This document shows, one piece after another, positions 18,871 through 27,694 of a stretch of DNA of 64,000 nucleotides. Source of the stretch: Bacteroidales bacterium (lineage in GTDB: Bacteria; Bacteroidota; Bacteroidia; Bacteroidales; UBA7960); assembly GCA_035477775.1 (NCBI GenBank), contig DATIKH010000026.1, positions 5,029 through 69,028 on the forward strand. Direction: 5' to 3'. How positions within the stretch are numbered: position 1 is the stretch's first letter; the number at the start of each line of letters is the position of its first letter. Both the position numbers and the translations under genes were made by a program. The notes under the pieces were generated by a model. It was not told the origin of the DNA and did not search any database. It saw only the letters and a program-made list of their open reading frames with translations.

Positions 18871-18898
18871 ATAGCCCAGGTTTAAACCGTGGGCTATG
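18871..18898. repeat. Same palindrome, copy 2, with a 1-nt deletion in the left arm
   Basis: atagcccaggtttaaaccgtgggctatg, about 73 nt downstream of copy 1. A partial acggtttaaa recurs near 18940. Confidence 0.85.
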
Positions 18899-18983
18899 AG
18901 GGTGAAACCAAAATTCCGAAACTGTTTTAACGGTTTAAAAAAAAGCTGGCAAACATCAACCAATAACCTTAAATTAAATTCCG

Positions 18984-20537
18984 ATGAAAAGAGTTTTAAT
19001 GCTGATCCTTACAATTATTTGGGTTACCCTGCAGGTAAACGCCAATCCTCCTGAACAACGGGAAGGTGTGCCTGCACATACGCTTCAGGCTCTCGATTCT
19101 CTTTTTCAACAAGTTCAAAAAGACTGGGAATTGCCTGGCATGGCCGTAGGCATTGTATATAACGGTCAGCTGATATTTAGCAAAGGTTATGGTGTAAAGG
19201 AAACTGGCAAGTCTGCAACTCCCGATGCCAACACCCTGTTTGCCATTGCCTCCAACACCAAGGCCTTTACCGCAGTGCTAATGGGCATGCTGGTTCAGGA
19301 CGGACTCCTTTCGTGGGACGATAAGGTAAAAGATCATTTGCCTTATTTCGAGATTTTCGACCCCTGGGTGAGCAGTCAGGTAACCTTGCGCGATTTGCTG
19401 AGTCATCGGGTCGGCCTGGGCACATTCAGCGGTGATCTGATCTGGTATAGAAGCACCAAATCCTCAAAAGAAATGATAAAGAGGATCAGACATCTTCCCC
19501 AGGTTTTTGATTTCAGGGCAGGATATGGTTATTCAAATCTGATGTTCATCGTAGCCGGAGAGGTGATCGAACAGGTTACAGGAAAATCATGGGAGGAAAA
19601 TGTGCGCAAGAGGATTCTGGAACCTTTGGGGATGAACCGCACGATAGTACAATTGAAAGATTTGCACGTCAAGGGAAATTTTGCCAGCCCGCATATGCGG
19701 ATCAACAACCAAAATGTGGTAATCGACTGGGTTGACTGGGAAGAAGTTGCAGCTACCGGAGGACTGATATCCAGCATAAACGACATGGCCAGGTGGATGC
19801 AGTTCAACATGAATATGGGCGTATGGAATGGCGACACCCTGCTGAAGCGCGACAACATGAATCTAATTTGGACGCCGCACAACAATTTTACGGTTGACCA
19901 TACTCTGACCAACGACTTCGACCGGCATTTCAGAGGTTACGGATTGGGCTGGGGCGTGGGCGATTATCACGGGCGGCTGGTGGTGGGGCATACAGGCGCC
20001 TACGACGGTATGTTTTCGGAAGTTCGCATGTTGCCAAAGGAAGGTATAGGAGTTATAGTACTAACCAACGGCGACATGAGCCCGATAGGTCCGATAACAA
20101 ACCACACCCTGGAGACTTTGTTGGGAAAAACACCCCGCGACTGGTCAGCTGAGGCTTTACCAAGGGCTCGTCGGCGGTTTCAGGAGGATGAGCGAATCAC
20201 AGCCATCAGAAATGCCAGAATCGATAATACCACACCTACCCTGCCTATGGAGCGCTATGCAGGGAAATATTACTCGGCTATTTACGGGAATATTTTCGTG
20301 AGATACGAAAACAATCAGCTTCGACTTACCTTTGAGCATTCTCCTGGACTTTCGGCAAGCCTTCGGCACTGGCATTACGATGTTTGGGAAATCCTGTGGG
20401 ACAAGCCACAGGCCTGGTTTGGGTTCGGAACGCTGCAATTTAACATGAACAATAAGCTGAATATTACCGGCCTCACTTTCGATGTGCCCAACCGCGATTT
20501 CTACTTCGAAGAGTTGAAGCCCATGAAGGTTAAATAG
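18984..20537 (+). CDS. Serine hydrolase, class C beta-lactamase / PBP-like family
   Basis: Signal peptide, SxxK motif (ASNTKAF), YSN motif (YGYSNLMF) and an HTG motif (VGHTGAYDG). Confidence 0.85.
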   Translation: MKRVLMLILTIIWVTLQVNANPPEQREGVPAHTLQALDSLFQQVQKDWELPGMAVGIVYNGQLIFSKGYGVKETGKSATPDANTLFAIASNTKAFTAVLMGMLVQDGLLSWDDKVKDHLPYFEIFDPWVSSQVTLRDLLSHRVGLGTFSGDLIWYRSTKSSKEMIKRIRHLPQVFDFRAGYGYSNLMFIVAGEVIEQVTGKSWEENVRKRILEPLGMNRTIVQLKDLHVKGNFASPHMRINNQNVVIDWVDWEEVAATGGLISSINDMARWMQFNMNMGVWNGDTLLKRDNMNLIWTPHNNFTVDHTLTNDFDRHFRGYGLGWGVGDYHGRLVVGHTGAYDGMFSEVRMLPKEGIGVIVLTNGDMSPIGPITNHTLETLLGKTPRDWSAEALPRARRRFQEDERITAIRNARIDNTTPTLPMERYAGKYYSAIYGNIFVRYENNQLRLTFEHSPGLSASLRHWHYDVWEILWDKPQAWFGFGTLQFNMNNKLNITGLTFDVPNRDFYFEELKPMKVK

Positions 20538-20581
20538 TCAGAAATACCGCTTTCCCTGATAGTCATAAGGGCTCAAAAGAT

Positions 20582-20589
20582 TAATTTTG
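20582..20589 (+). promoter_or_regulatory. Bacteroidota-type -7 box (TAnnTTTG)
   Basis: TAATTTTG lies 17 nt upstream of the pyk ATG. Confidence 0.4.
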
Positions 20590-20605
20590 CCGAAAATTCT
20601 AGAAT

Positions 20606-22027
20606 ATGGAAAAACTCACCAAAATTGTAGCCACGATTTCCGATCAACGTTGCGATCCTTCCTTCTTAGGCACTTTGCATGCGGCGGGCATGGATGTGGT
20701 AAGGATAAATACCGCACACCAAACCCCCGAACAAGCCATGAAGGTGGTTGAAAACGTACGCAAGGTATCCACCCGGATCGCCATCATGCTCGACACCAAA
20801 GGTCCGGAAATCCGCACCAATGCTTCTTCCTATGTGTTGAAAGTGGCTAAGGATCAGCTACTGGTAATTAAAGGCAGGAAGAATACGCCCTCCGACGAGC
20901 ATTGCCTCTATGTGGACTACGAAGGCATCGCCGATCTGCTGGAAGTTGGCAGACTTATTATGATAGATGATGGTGAAATTGAAATAGAAGTAGCAGAAAA
21001 ACATCCCGGATACCTGGTTGGCCGTGTGTGCAATGCAGGACAAATTAAAGGCCGCAAAAGCATAAACCTGCCAGGAATTGCCATCGGTCTCCCTTCGCTT
21101 ACCCAAAAAGACCGGGAATTTATTGAATTTGGCATTAGAAACAACATCGATTTCATAGCACATTCCTTTGTCAGAAACAAACAGGATGTTCTGGACATTC
21201 AGCAAATTCTTGACCGCCACAAAAGTCCCATAAAAATTATTGCCAAAATTGAAAACCAACAGGGTATTGACAATATCGACGATATACTTGGCCATGTTTA
21301 CGGGATCATGGTGGCCAGGGGCGATCTTGCCATTGAGGTGCCGGCCGAGCGCATTCCGGTAATTCAGGCTATGTTAATCCAAAAGGGCATTTCACAAAAG
21401 AAAGCTGTGATTGTAGCCACGCAGATGCTCCATTCGATGATAAGCAACCCCAGGCCTACCCGGGCCGAAATAAGCGATATTGCGACAGCGATCTTTTCGG
21501 GGGCCGATGCCATCATGCTGAGCGGCGAAACGGCTTTTGGCAATTATCCGGCAGAAGCTGTGAGTTTCATGACCCGAACCGCCAGAGAAACAGAACAAAG
21601 CAGACCTTTTCTTCCCGACATTCAGGTGATGCCTCACGATAACGAAATATCTGTTTACCTTTCCAAAACTGCCGTAAGTTCAACCGACCAGCTCAACGCA
21701 CGGGCAATCATCACCGACACCGATACGGGAAAAACGGCCCGCTACCTCTCTGCATTCAGGGGCAGAACCCCCATATATGCTCAATGTTACGACCAACGGG
21801 TTGTTCGCGAACTGGCGCTTAATTATGGCATTTACGCCGATTTTATGGATGTGAAAACCTCCAAAAAAGAGTTTACGATTGCCACCCTCACCCGGCTGAT
21901 AGAAAAAAAGGAAATAAAGCCGGAGGATCTGATAACGGTAATGGCCGGAAACTTTGGCAAGAAATCGGGTCCCAGCTACATCGAAATCAGCACAGTACAA
22001 AATATGCTTTCGAATATTAAAGTCTGA
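20606..22027 (+). CDS. pyk: Pyruvate kinase
   Basis: KIVATI...MDVVRINTAH, LDTKGPEIRT, IIAKIENQQG, MVARGDLAIEVP and IMLSGETA. Confidence 0.95.
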   Translation: MEKLTKIVATISDQRCDPSFLGTLHAAGMDVVRINTAHQTPEQAMKVVENVRKVSTRIAIMLDTKGPEIRTNASSYVLKVAKDQLLVIKGRKNTPSDEHCLYVDYEGIADLLEVGRLIMIDDGEIEIEVAEKHPGYLVGRVCNAGQIKGRKSINLPGIAIGLPSLTQKDREFIEFGIRNNIDFIAHSFVRNKQDVLDIQQILDRHKSPIKIIAKIENQQGIDNIDDILGHVYGIMVARGDLAIEVPAERIPVIQAMLIQKGISQKKAVIVATQMLHSMISNPRPTRAEISDIATAIFSGADAIMLSGETAFGNYPAEAVSFMTRTARETEQSRPFLPDIQVMPHDNEISVYLSKTAVSSTDQLNARAIITDTDTGKTARYLSAFRGRTPIYAQCYDQRVVRELALNYGIYADFMDVKTSKKEFTIATLTRLIEKKEIKPEDLITVMAGNFGKKSGPSYIEISTVQNMLSNIKV

Positions 22028-22078
22028 AAAAAAGTTGACCTTTCACGAACTCTAAACTGGCAAATAGACGCAAGTTTG

Positions 22079-22651
22079 CTAATTCCAGTTAAGGGTAGCT
22101 ATAAGGTGTCTGATGTCCGTTTCAAGAAATTGAATGACCGGTGCAAGGGAGTCGTTGTTGGGCGTTACATAAAAATACAGAGAGCCCCGAAGGAAATGGT
22201 TTACGCTGTCGGTGAGGAAAAACTGCAACGGCGAGGCCACATCCCTGCCCCTGATGTGGTACAACATGCCAAAGACCCGTCTTTGTTCATCCATAAACAA
22301 TTCTTCGTCTATAGCAGAAGCTTTAGGAATATGCCGGCTGGTGAATTCACGGCTATCTTCCAGAAATGCATTCAGGCTTTGCGGGCTGCGAACCGCCTTA
22401 TAGGTAAGGTGGATTCTTGCCCTAAATTCCGGAAAAACCACATCGGCCCAGTAGGGCATAGAATTAGGCCGCGTATTGGGCTCAAAGGTACCATACACAG
22501 GAATCTCGAAAGAGTATGGAAAGTCCTGATCAAAAGGTTTAAACTCCTTTTCCGGTAAGTCGATTCTGAAATAGGCCCTTGGTTTGGGGGCGTGTGGTTG
22601 CTGGCATGAAATCAGCGCCAACATAATAAACAACGAAAAAAGAATTTTCAT
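22079..22651 (-). CDS. gldD: Gliding motility lipoprotein GldD
   Basis: Lipoprotein signal (..LALISC), size of 190 aa, and position immediately downstream of the gldE-like gene as in Flavobacterium. The family call is from memory of the GldD pattern (PKP.AY.RI..P...Y). Confidence 0.65.
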   Translation of the reverse strand: MKILFSLFIMLALISCQQPHAPKPRAYFRIDLPEKEFKPFDQDFPYSFEIPVYGTFEPNTRPNSMPYWADVVFPEFRARIHLTYKAVRSPQSLNAFLEDSREFTSRHIPKASAIDEELFMDEQRRVFGMLYHIRGRDVASPLQFFLTDSVNHFLRGSLYFYVTPNNDSLAPVIQFLETDIRHLIATLNWN

Positions 22652-22756
22652 CCGGAAGTCAAATTAAGTTGCAGGTTTTCACCACAAAGGAGCGAAAAAA
22701 TAATTGTATAAAATGGTTTTGTTTAATTCATCTGCGAATGAACAGCCGCTGAAATT

Positions 22757-24091
22757 TTAATTCATTGGCAGAATGGTAACCTTAACGCGTTTGATCCGGC
22801 GGGCATCAACCCCCTCCACCTGAAACTCGAAATTGCGAAAATGCAATTTCTCTCCCTTTCGGGGGAGTTCCTGCTTCATTTCAAGTATAAGCCCTGCCAG
22901 GGTATCGGCTTCGCCTTTTATTTCTTCGAATAACTCATAATCGGTACCAGTTATTTTACAAAAGTCCTTGAGCAACGTTTTTCCTTCGAAATCGAAAGTG
23001 TTTGGGTCGAGTTTCGAGTAAATATTCTCGTCGGTATCGAACTCATCATTTATTTCGCCTACGATTTCTTCAAGGATGTCCTCCAGGGTAACAATACCTG
23101 CGGTACCACCATATTCGTCAACCACAATGGCCAGGTGAATCTTCTTTTCCTTGAACTCCTTAAGCAAATCACTAATTCTCTTGCTTTCCGGAACAAAATA
23201 GCATGGGCGCAGCAATTTCTGCCAGGCAAAACTGTCATCTTGCTCACGGTGCGACAATAAGTCTTTTATATAAAGGATTCCTTCAACATTGTCGAAACTT
23301 TCGCGAAACACGGGAACCCGGCTATACCCTGCCTCAACTATTACCGGCAACAATTTGGAGAAAGGGGTAGAAACCTCTACTGCCGTAACATCTACCCTCG
23401 GGCGCATGATCTCGCGGGCGCTTAGGTTTCCAAACCTGACTATTCCGCGCAGAATGCTCCTGTCCTCTTCGGTGGCAACCCTTTGAACCTGCTGGTCAAA
23501 AACCTCTGTCAAATCGTTGATGCGATGGTTGGAATCGTTCGTCCATGACTGGTCATTGCTTTTAGCCGAAGTATTATCAAGGATTCGGCTGAATGGCCAA
23601 AACAGTTTGCGAAGCAACCAAACAGGTATTGCCATTAACCTAACAAACAAAACAGGCCTTTTCAAGGCCAACCCTTTAGGCAGGATTTCACCAAAAACCA
23701 GTATAACTATACCAATAAATAAAACCAAAAGAACAAAACCGGCGAGGGGATGCAGGTTTTGGTAAATAAGATTTGCAAAAACCAGGGTGACACTAATTGC
23801 CAACACAATATTGACAAGTATATTGGCAAGTATCAAAGTGGATTTTAAACTTCGCGGACTTTCCAACAGGCGTAATGCAAAACGACTATTGGGGCTGCTG
23901 CTTTTCATCAACAGATCGATCTGTACTCCCGAAAGGGAAAAAAAGGCAGTACCCGCTCCTGACAAAAGCCCGGAGATGAGTAAAAGAATTATAAACAGGG
24001 TAATTACAGGTAAAATGTGGAGTGCCTCCGAACCGGTGAGAAAACTATTAATAAGAGGCAAAACAGAATAAGGCTCAGGTGTGTCTTCCAA
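22757..24091 (-). CDS. gldE: GldE / CNNM-type protein (DUF21 + CBS pair + CorC_HlyC)
   Basis: N-terminal TM domain, CBS-pair region (REIMRPRVDV..VPVF..) and a C-terminal transporter-associated domain (F.V..VD.RRI..V.V). Confidence 0.75.
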   Translation of the reverse strand: MEDTPEPYSVLPLINSFLTGSEALHILPVITLFIILLLISGLLSGAGTAFFSLSGVQIDLLMKSSSPNSRFALRLLESPRSLKSTLILANILVNIVLAISVTLVFANLIYQNLHPLAGFVLLVLFIGIVILVFGEILPKGLALKRPVLFVRLMAIPVWLLRKLFWPFSRILDNTSAKSNDQSWTNDSNHRINDLTEVFDQQVQRVATEEDRSILRGIVRFGNLSAREIMRPRVDVTAVEVSTPFSKLLPVIVEAGYSRVPVFRESFDNVEGILYIKDLLSHREQDDSFAWQKLLRPCYFVPESKRISDLLKEFKEKKIHLAIVVDEYGGTAGIVTLEDILEEIVGEINDEFDTDENIYSKLDPNTFDFEGKTLLKDFCKITGTDYELFEEIKGEADTLAGLILEMKQELPRKGEKLHFRNFEFQVEGVDARRIKRVKVTILPMN

Positions 24092-24247
24092 GGTTGTTGA
24101 TTAATACTTTGTTAGCTGCAAAATTAATACATTTTTACGGTTGTGCTGAATTTAAATTTTTGTTAAAATCCAACCGATTTGTGTTGGGCTGGGTTTCAGC
24201 AATCCGGATTTTTGTATTTTTAATTTGGTAAACTAAATGACGACCAA

Positions 24248-26707
24248 ATGATTTCACCTAATTTTTTATGGAGGGTTCTGTTTCTTTTAGTTTTCGCGCC
24301 CCTGATTCTGGGTGGAACTCCCAGTCCTGCCCGGGCTGGGGACATGCCAATCCGGGGCAGGGTGATTGATCAGGAAACGCGCGCATCCTTAGCCTTTGTA
24401 AATATTCTGGTAGAAAACACCCAAACCGGCACCGTAAGCGACTTAGACGGAAATTTTTCGATAACCCTTCCGGAGCCCACCGCCAGATTGGTGTTATCGT
24501 ATGTAGGGTACTATAATGCTGTGTTCGAAATCGACCCGCATCAGAATGTACAAACCATAATGATGCAACCGAGGGCTATTGAACTGGCCGGAGTTGAAGT
24601 TTTTCCAGGGATAAACCCGGCCCACAGGATAATTGAAAATGCCATTGCCGCCAGGCGCCTGAACGACCCCAAAAGATCCGGTTCATTTAGTTATGACTCC
24701 TACAACCGCTACCTTTTTACAGTAAGGCATGAACAGTTGAAAGACATCCAAAGGCCACCCGAAGACACCCTGCCAGGAGCCCATTCCCACCTCGACTGGA
24801 TGAAACAACATCATTTCATGATTATGGAAACGGTTACCCACAGGAAGTTCCGATATCCATCGCTCGACACTGAAACGGTTCTGGCTTCACGCACATCGGG
24901 TTTTCGCGACCAGGCACTTGTATTTGCAACATCACTGATAAAATCTTTTTCCTTTTACGGCGACCATATCAGCATTCTCGGCCAGGAATACGTAGGTCCA
25001 CTGAGTCAGGGAAGCACTTCCCGGTACTTCTTTCTTCTGGAGGACACCACCTTTACACAAACTGCCGACTCGGTGTTTGTAATATCGTTCAGGCCCGGTT
25101 TAGGCAGGAATTTTACAGGGTTGAAAGGAGTATTGTATATCAACAGCAACGGATGGGCACTGCAAAATGTGATTGCAGAGCCTGCAACTACATCAGAAAC
25201 GATGCGAATTCGAATTCAACAAGAATATGAACTCATAGAGGGTCGAAGATGGTTTCCAACCGAAGTAAACACCGTCATCGAATTTCTTGAAATGGAGTAC
25301 GCCCCGGGAATTCCAATGATACTAACAGGCCGGACCCATCTTAGAAACATCCAGGTTGACCCGCTCCTCCGAAGGCGCGATTTCTCGCCATATTCTATTG
25401 TTTTAGCTCCCGACACCATCCCCGACATAAACGCCTTCCTGGCCAGGCACCGGCCCGATACTCTGGGGATAAGAGAGCTCAATACTTTCTCGTATATCGA
25501 TAGTTTGTGGCAGGTTTATAATTTCGACCGTCTGGCAACCCAGGGAGCATCTTTACTCAGAGGCTATTTTAGACTTGGCATATTGAATGTTGAAATTGGT
25601 CAGTTGCTTCGCTTCAACGATTACCAAGGCTTCCGGCCCGGCCTGGGATTGAGAACCAACCACCGCTTCTCTCACATTTTCGGAATAAATGGCCGAATTG
25701 GTTACGGATTCAAAAACAGGAGCCTTACCTACCGACTGGGCGCCCATATATTATTCGACAGAAATTCAGCATTCACAGTCGGCTACGACTATCAAAAGGA
25801 CTACAATGAGCCGGGGACTATAGATTTTCTAGAACGCCCTACCCTTTTTAACCCTGCCATCATCCGATCATTCTTTTATCAAAATCTTGATTTAGCCAAG
25901 AGCCATACTGCATGGCTTTCTTTCCAGGCTTTCAGAAACAACCTTACCATCAGGGGGTATGCGGCTCACGAGGACCACTACCAGCGAACGCCTTATGTTT
26001 TTGCGCCGGTTATACCCAACCCCGTGACCGAAGCGGGAAGGTTCCGGTTCTTTGAAACAGGCATCAACCTGCGTTTTGCCATTGGAGAAAGGTATATTCA
26101 AACCCCAACCAGAACCTTTGCCAGGAGCACCGAATTGCCTGTGGTGTCATTGAACCTGGCAAGAGGTTGGAGCGGGGTATTAGAAGGCCAACATGATTAC
26201 TGGAGGACCTCCCTGAAGGTCGAACAACGTTTCCGAATAAAAATGGCAGGTGTCCAACACTGGGTGTTGCACGCAGGTTATGTTCACGGGCAGCCTCCCT
26301 GGCCAAAACTTTTTACGGCACAGGCATCTTATCGGCCTTTTTCTATTGCAGTTCCCCAGAGTTTCTCAACCATGCGCATGGGCGAGTTCATCTCCGACCA
26401 ATACCTGAAATTGTTCTTTTCACATAATTTCGAAAACCTCCTTTTCCGCAGACGGGGATTTTCACCGGGACTGGTAATACAAACCAACATTGGCTTCGGC
26501 TCGCTGAATAATTCTGAAGCTCATCAGGGCATGAATTTCAATTCGATGAACAGGGGCTTTTTTGAATCGGGTATAGCAATTACTAACCTTTTGGGCCAGG
26601 GGCTTACACGCATGGGGCTTAAATTCATGTACCGCTATGGCTCTTATGCTTTGCCCCGTTTTCAGGACAATATAAGCGTAAGACTGCGTTATGAAATCAT
26701 GTTCTGA
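24248..26707 (+). CDS. CarboxypepD_reg-domain outer-membrane protein (DUF5686-like)
   Basis: Signal peptide, RGRVIDQETRASLAFVNILVENTQTGTVSDLDGNFSI, 819 aa, and a C-terminal ..LRYEIMF with terminal Phe. Confidence 0.55.
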   Translation: MISPNFLWRVLFLLVFAPLILGGTPSPARAGDMPIRGRVIDQETRASLAFVNILVENTQTGTVSDLDGNFSITLPEPTARLVLSYVGYYNAVFEIDPHQNVQTIMMQPRAIELAGVEVFPGINPAHRIIENAIAARRLNDPKRSGSFSYDSYNRYLFTVRHEQLKDIQRPPEDTLPGAHSHLDWMKQHHFMIMETVTHRKFRYPSLDTETVLASRTSGFRDQALVFATSLIKSFSFYGDHISILGQEYVGPLSQGSTSRYFFLLEDTTFTQTADSVFVISFRPGLGRNFTGLKGVLYINSNGWALQNVIAEPATTSETMRIRIQQEYELIEGRRWFPTEVNTVIEFLEMEYAPGIPMILTGRTHLRNIQVDPLLRRRDFSPYSIVLAPDTIPDINAFLARHRPDTLGIRELNTFSYIDSLWQVYNFDRLATQGASLLRGYFRLGILNVEIGQLLRFNDYQGFRPGLGLRTNHRFSHIFGINGRIGYGFKNRSLTYRLGAHILFDRNSAFTVGYDYQKDYNEPGTIDFLERPTLFNPAIIRSFFYQNLDLAKSHTAWLSFQAFRNNLTIRGYAAHEDHYQRTPYVFAPVIPNPVTEAGRFRFFETGINLRFAIGERYIQTPTRTFARSTELPVVSLNLARGWSGVLEGQHDYWRTSLKVEQRFRIKMAGVQHWVLHAGYVHGQPPWPKLFTAQASYRPFSIAVPQSFSTMRMGEFISDQYLKLFFSHNFENLLFRRRGFSPGLVIQTNIGFGSLNNSEAHQGMNFNSMNRGFFESGIAITNLLGQGLTRMGLKFMYRYGSYALPRFQDNISVRLRYEIMF

Positions 26708-26767
26708 CAGGAAAAAGTGTCAGGATCGCCTACGATTCAAGATCAGCATGCTTCGTAAAATGGGCCT

Positions 26768-27226
26768 TTAAAGGTTATCCTCTGCCATCCATTCGGCAAA
26801 CGAATTGGTGGTTTCGTACAACCTCAGGGAATACAAACTGATATTATCGGGCAGAAGAGCCTTTATACGTGCAGCAAAATCCACAATCATATTTTCGCAT
26901 GTAGGCTGATATGGAAGCGGCATGATGCGGCCAAACATCTGACTTGTTTCAGCGAGTTCCCTGGCAGGAACGGCATCATTTACCATCAGGGCATGATCGA
27001 AAGGTTCGACGATGGCTTCCTTGACAATCTTTTTCAAAACAGAAAAATCAGCCACCATGCCATCTTTGGGGCTTGTAGGGTCATTAAGCGGGATTCCCTT
27101 AACGGTAACCCTGAGTTTGTAGCTGTGTCCGTGAATGTTTCTGCACAGTCCGTCGTAATTCCAGAGGGCATGGGCAGCCTCGAACCTGAATTCCTTTGAA
27201 AGACGTATTATTGGGAGATTTGACAT
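26768..27226 (-). CDS. queD: 6-carboxy-5,6,7,8-tetrahydropterin synthase
   Basis: FRFEAAHAL..C.NIHGHSY.L.V.V.G and ..YET. The ATG at 27226 is preferred to the upstream start at 27259. Confidence 0.85.
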   Translation of the reverse strand: MSNLPIIRLSKEFRFEAAHALWNYDGLCRNIHGHSYKLRVTVKGIPLNDPTSPKDGMVADFSVLKKIVKEAIVEPFDHALMVNDAVPARELAETSQMFGRIMPLPYQPTCENMIVDFAARIKALLPDNISLYSLRLYETTNSFAEWMAEDNL

Positions 27227-27300
27227 ACCTATGTGTTTGTTTTTATTTTTTTTGATCAAGTTTAAGTCCGGTCAATGAAGAATTCAACATAACAGCTATT

Positions 27301-27412
27301 TGGGCTGAAGCACATATATTCAGAACTGTCAATTGCCCCGACCTTAAGGTCGGGGTACCTGAAAACCAAATCACTTACGGGCTTTAGCCCGAAATTGTAG
27401 ATTTTTATAGAC
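27301..27412. repeat. Structured MITE-like intergenic repeat, copy A
   Basis: Aligns over about 112 nt with 51700..51811. Inner hairpin ccccgacc-ttaa-ggtcgggg (27336..27355). The outer arms gggctgaagcac and gggctttagccc can pair. Confidence 0.7.
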
Positions 27413-27656
27413 TGGGCGAATGTCTGCATTGCGGAGCATTTTTCAATACAGTGCCAGGCAAATTTTTCACTCCATAAAATTAGGCATATTTTCGGCAAGC
27501 CGCCGGCACATGTTCTACCTCCTTTAACACAAAATGATGCAGAGAGTTCATAACCTTACAACCCACAGCAATGTTTCAAAATCTGTTTGTTGCAGTGAAA
27601 CAATGTGAATCTTTGCAATACCATATCCCAACCATGCCTGAGCATATAAAATCTGT

Positions 27657-27664
27657 TATTTTTG
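27657..27664 (+). promoter_or_regulatory. Bacteroidota-type -7 box (TAnnTTTG)
   Basis: TATTTTTG lies 31 nt upstream of the C69 dipeptidase ATG. Confidence 0.35.
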
Positions 27665-27694
27665 TGCTCATAAAAAATCTAACCATCCATCATT

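Noticed and set aside
22076-22558. 160-aa plus-strand ORF opposite gldD.
   Set aside because: It is fully antisense to a lipoprotein gene with a proper signal/lipobox and conserved gldE synteny.
27262-27498. 78-aa minus-strand ORF upstream of queD.
   Set aside because: Its reading frame runs straight through the MITE-like repeat copy A, and the second repeat copy is not in any comparable ORF. It is most likely an artefact of the repeat.
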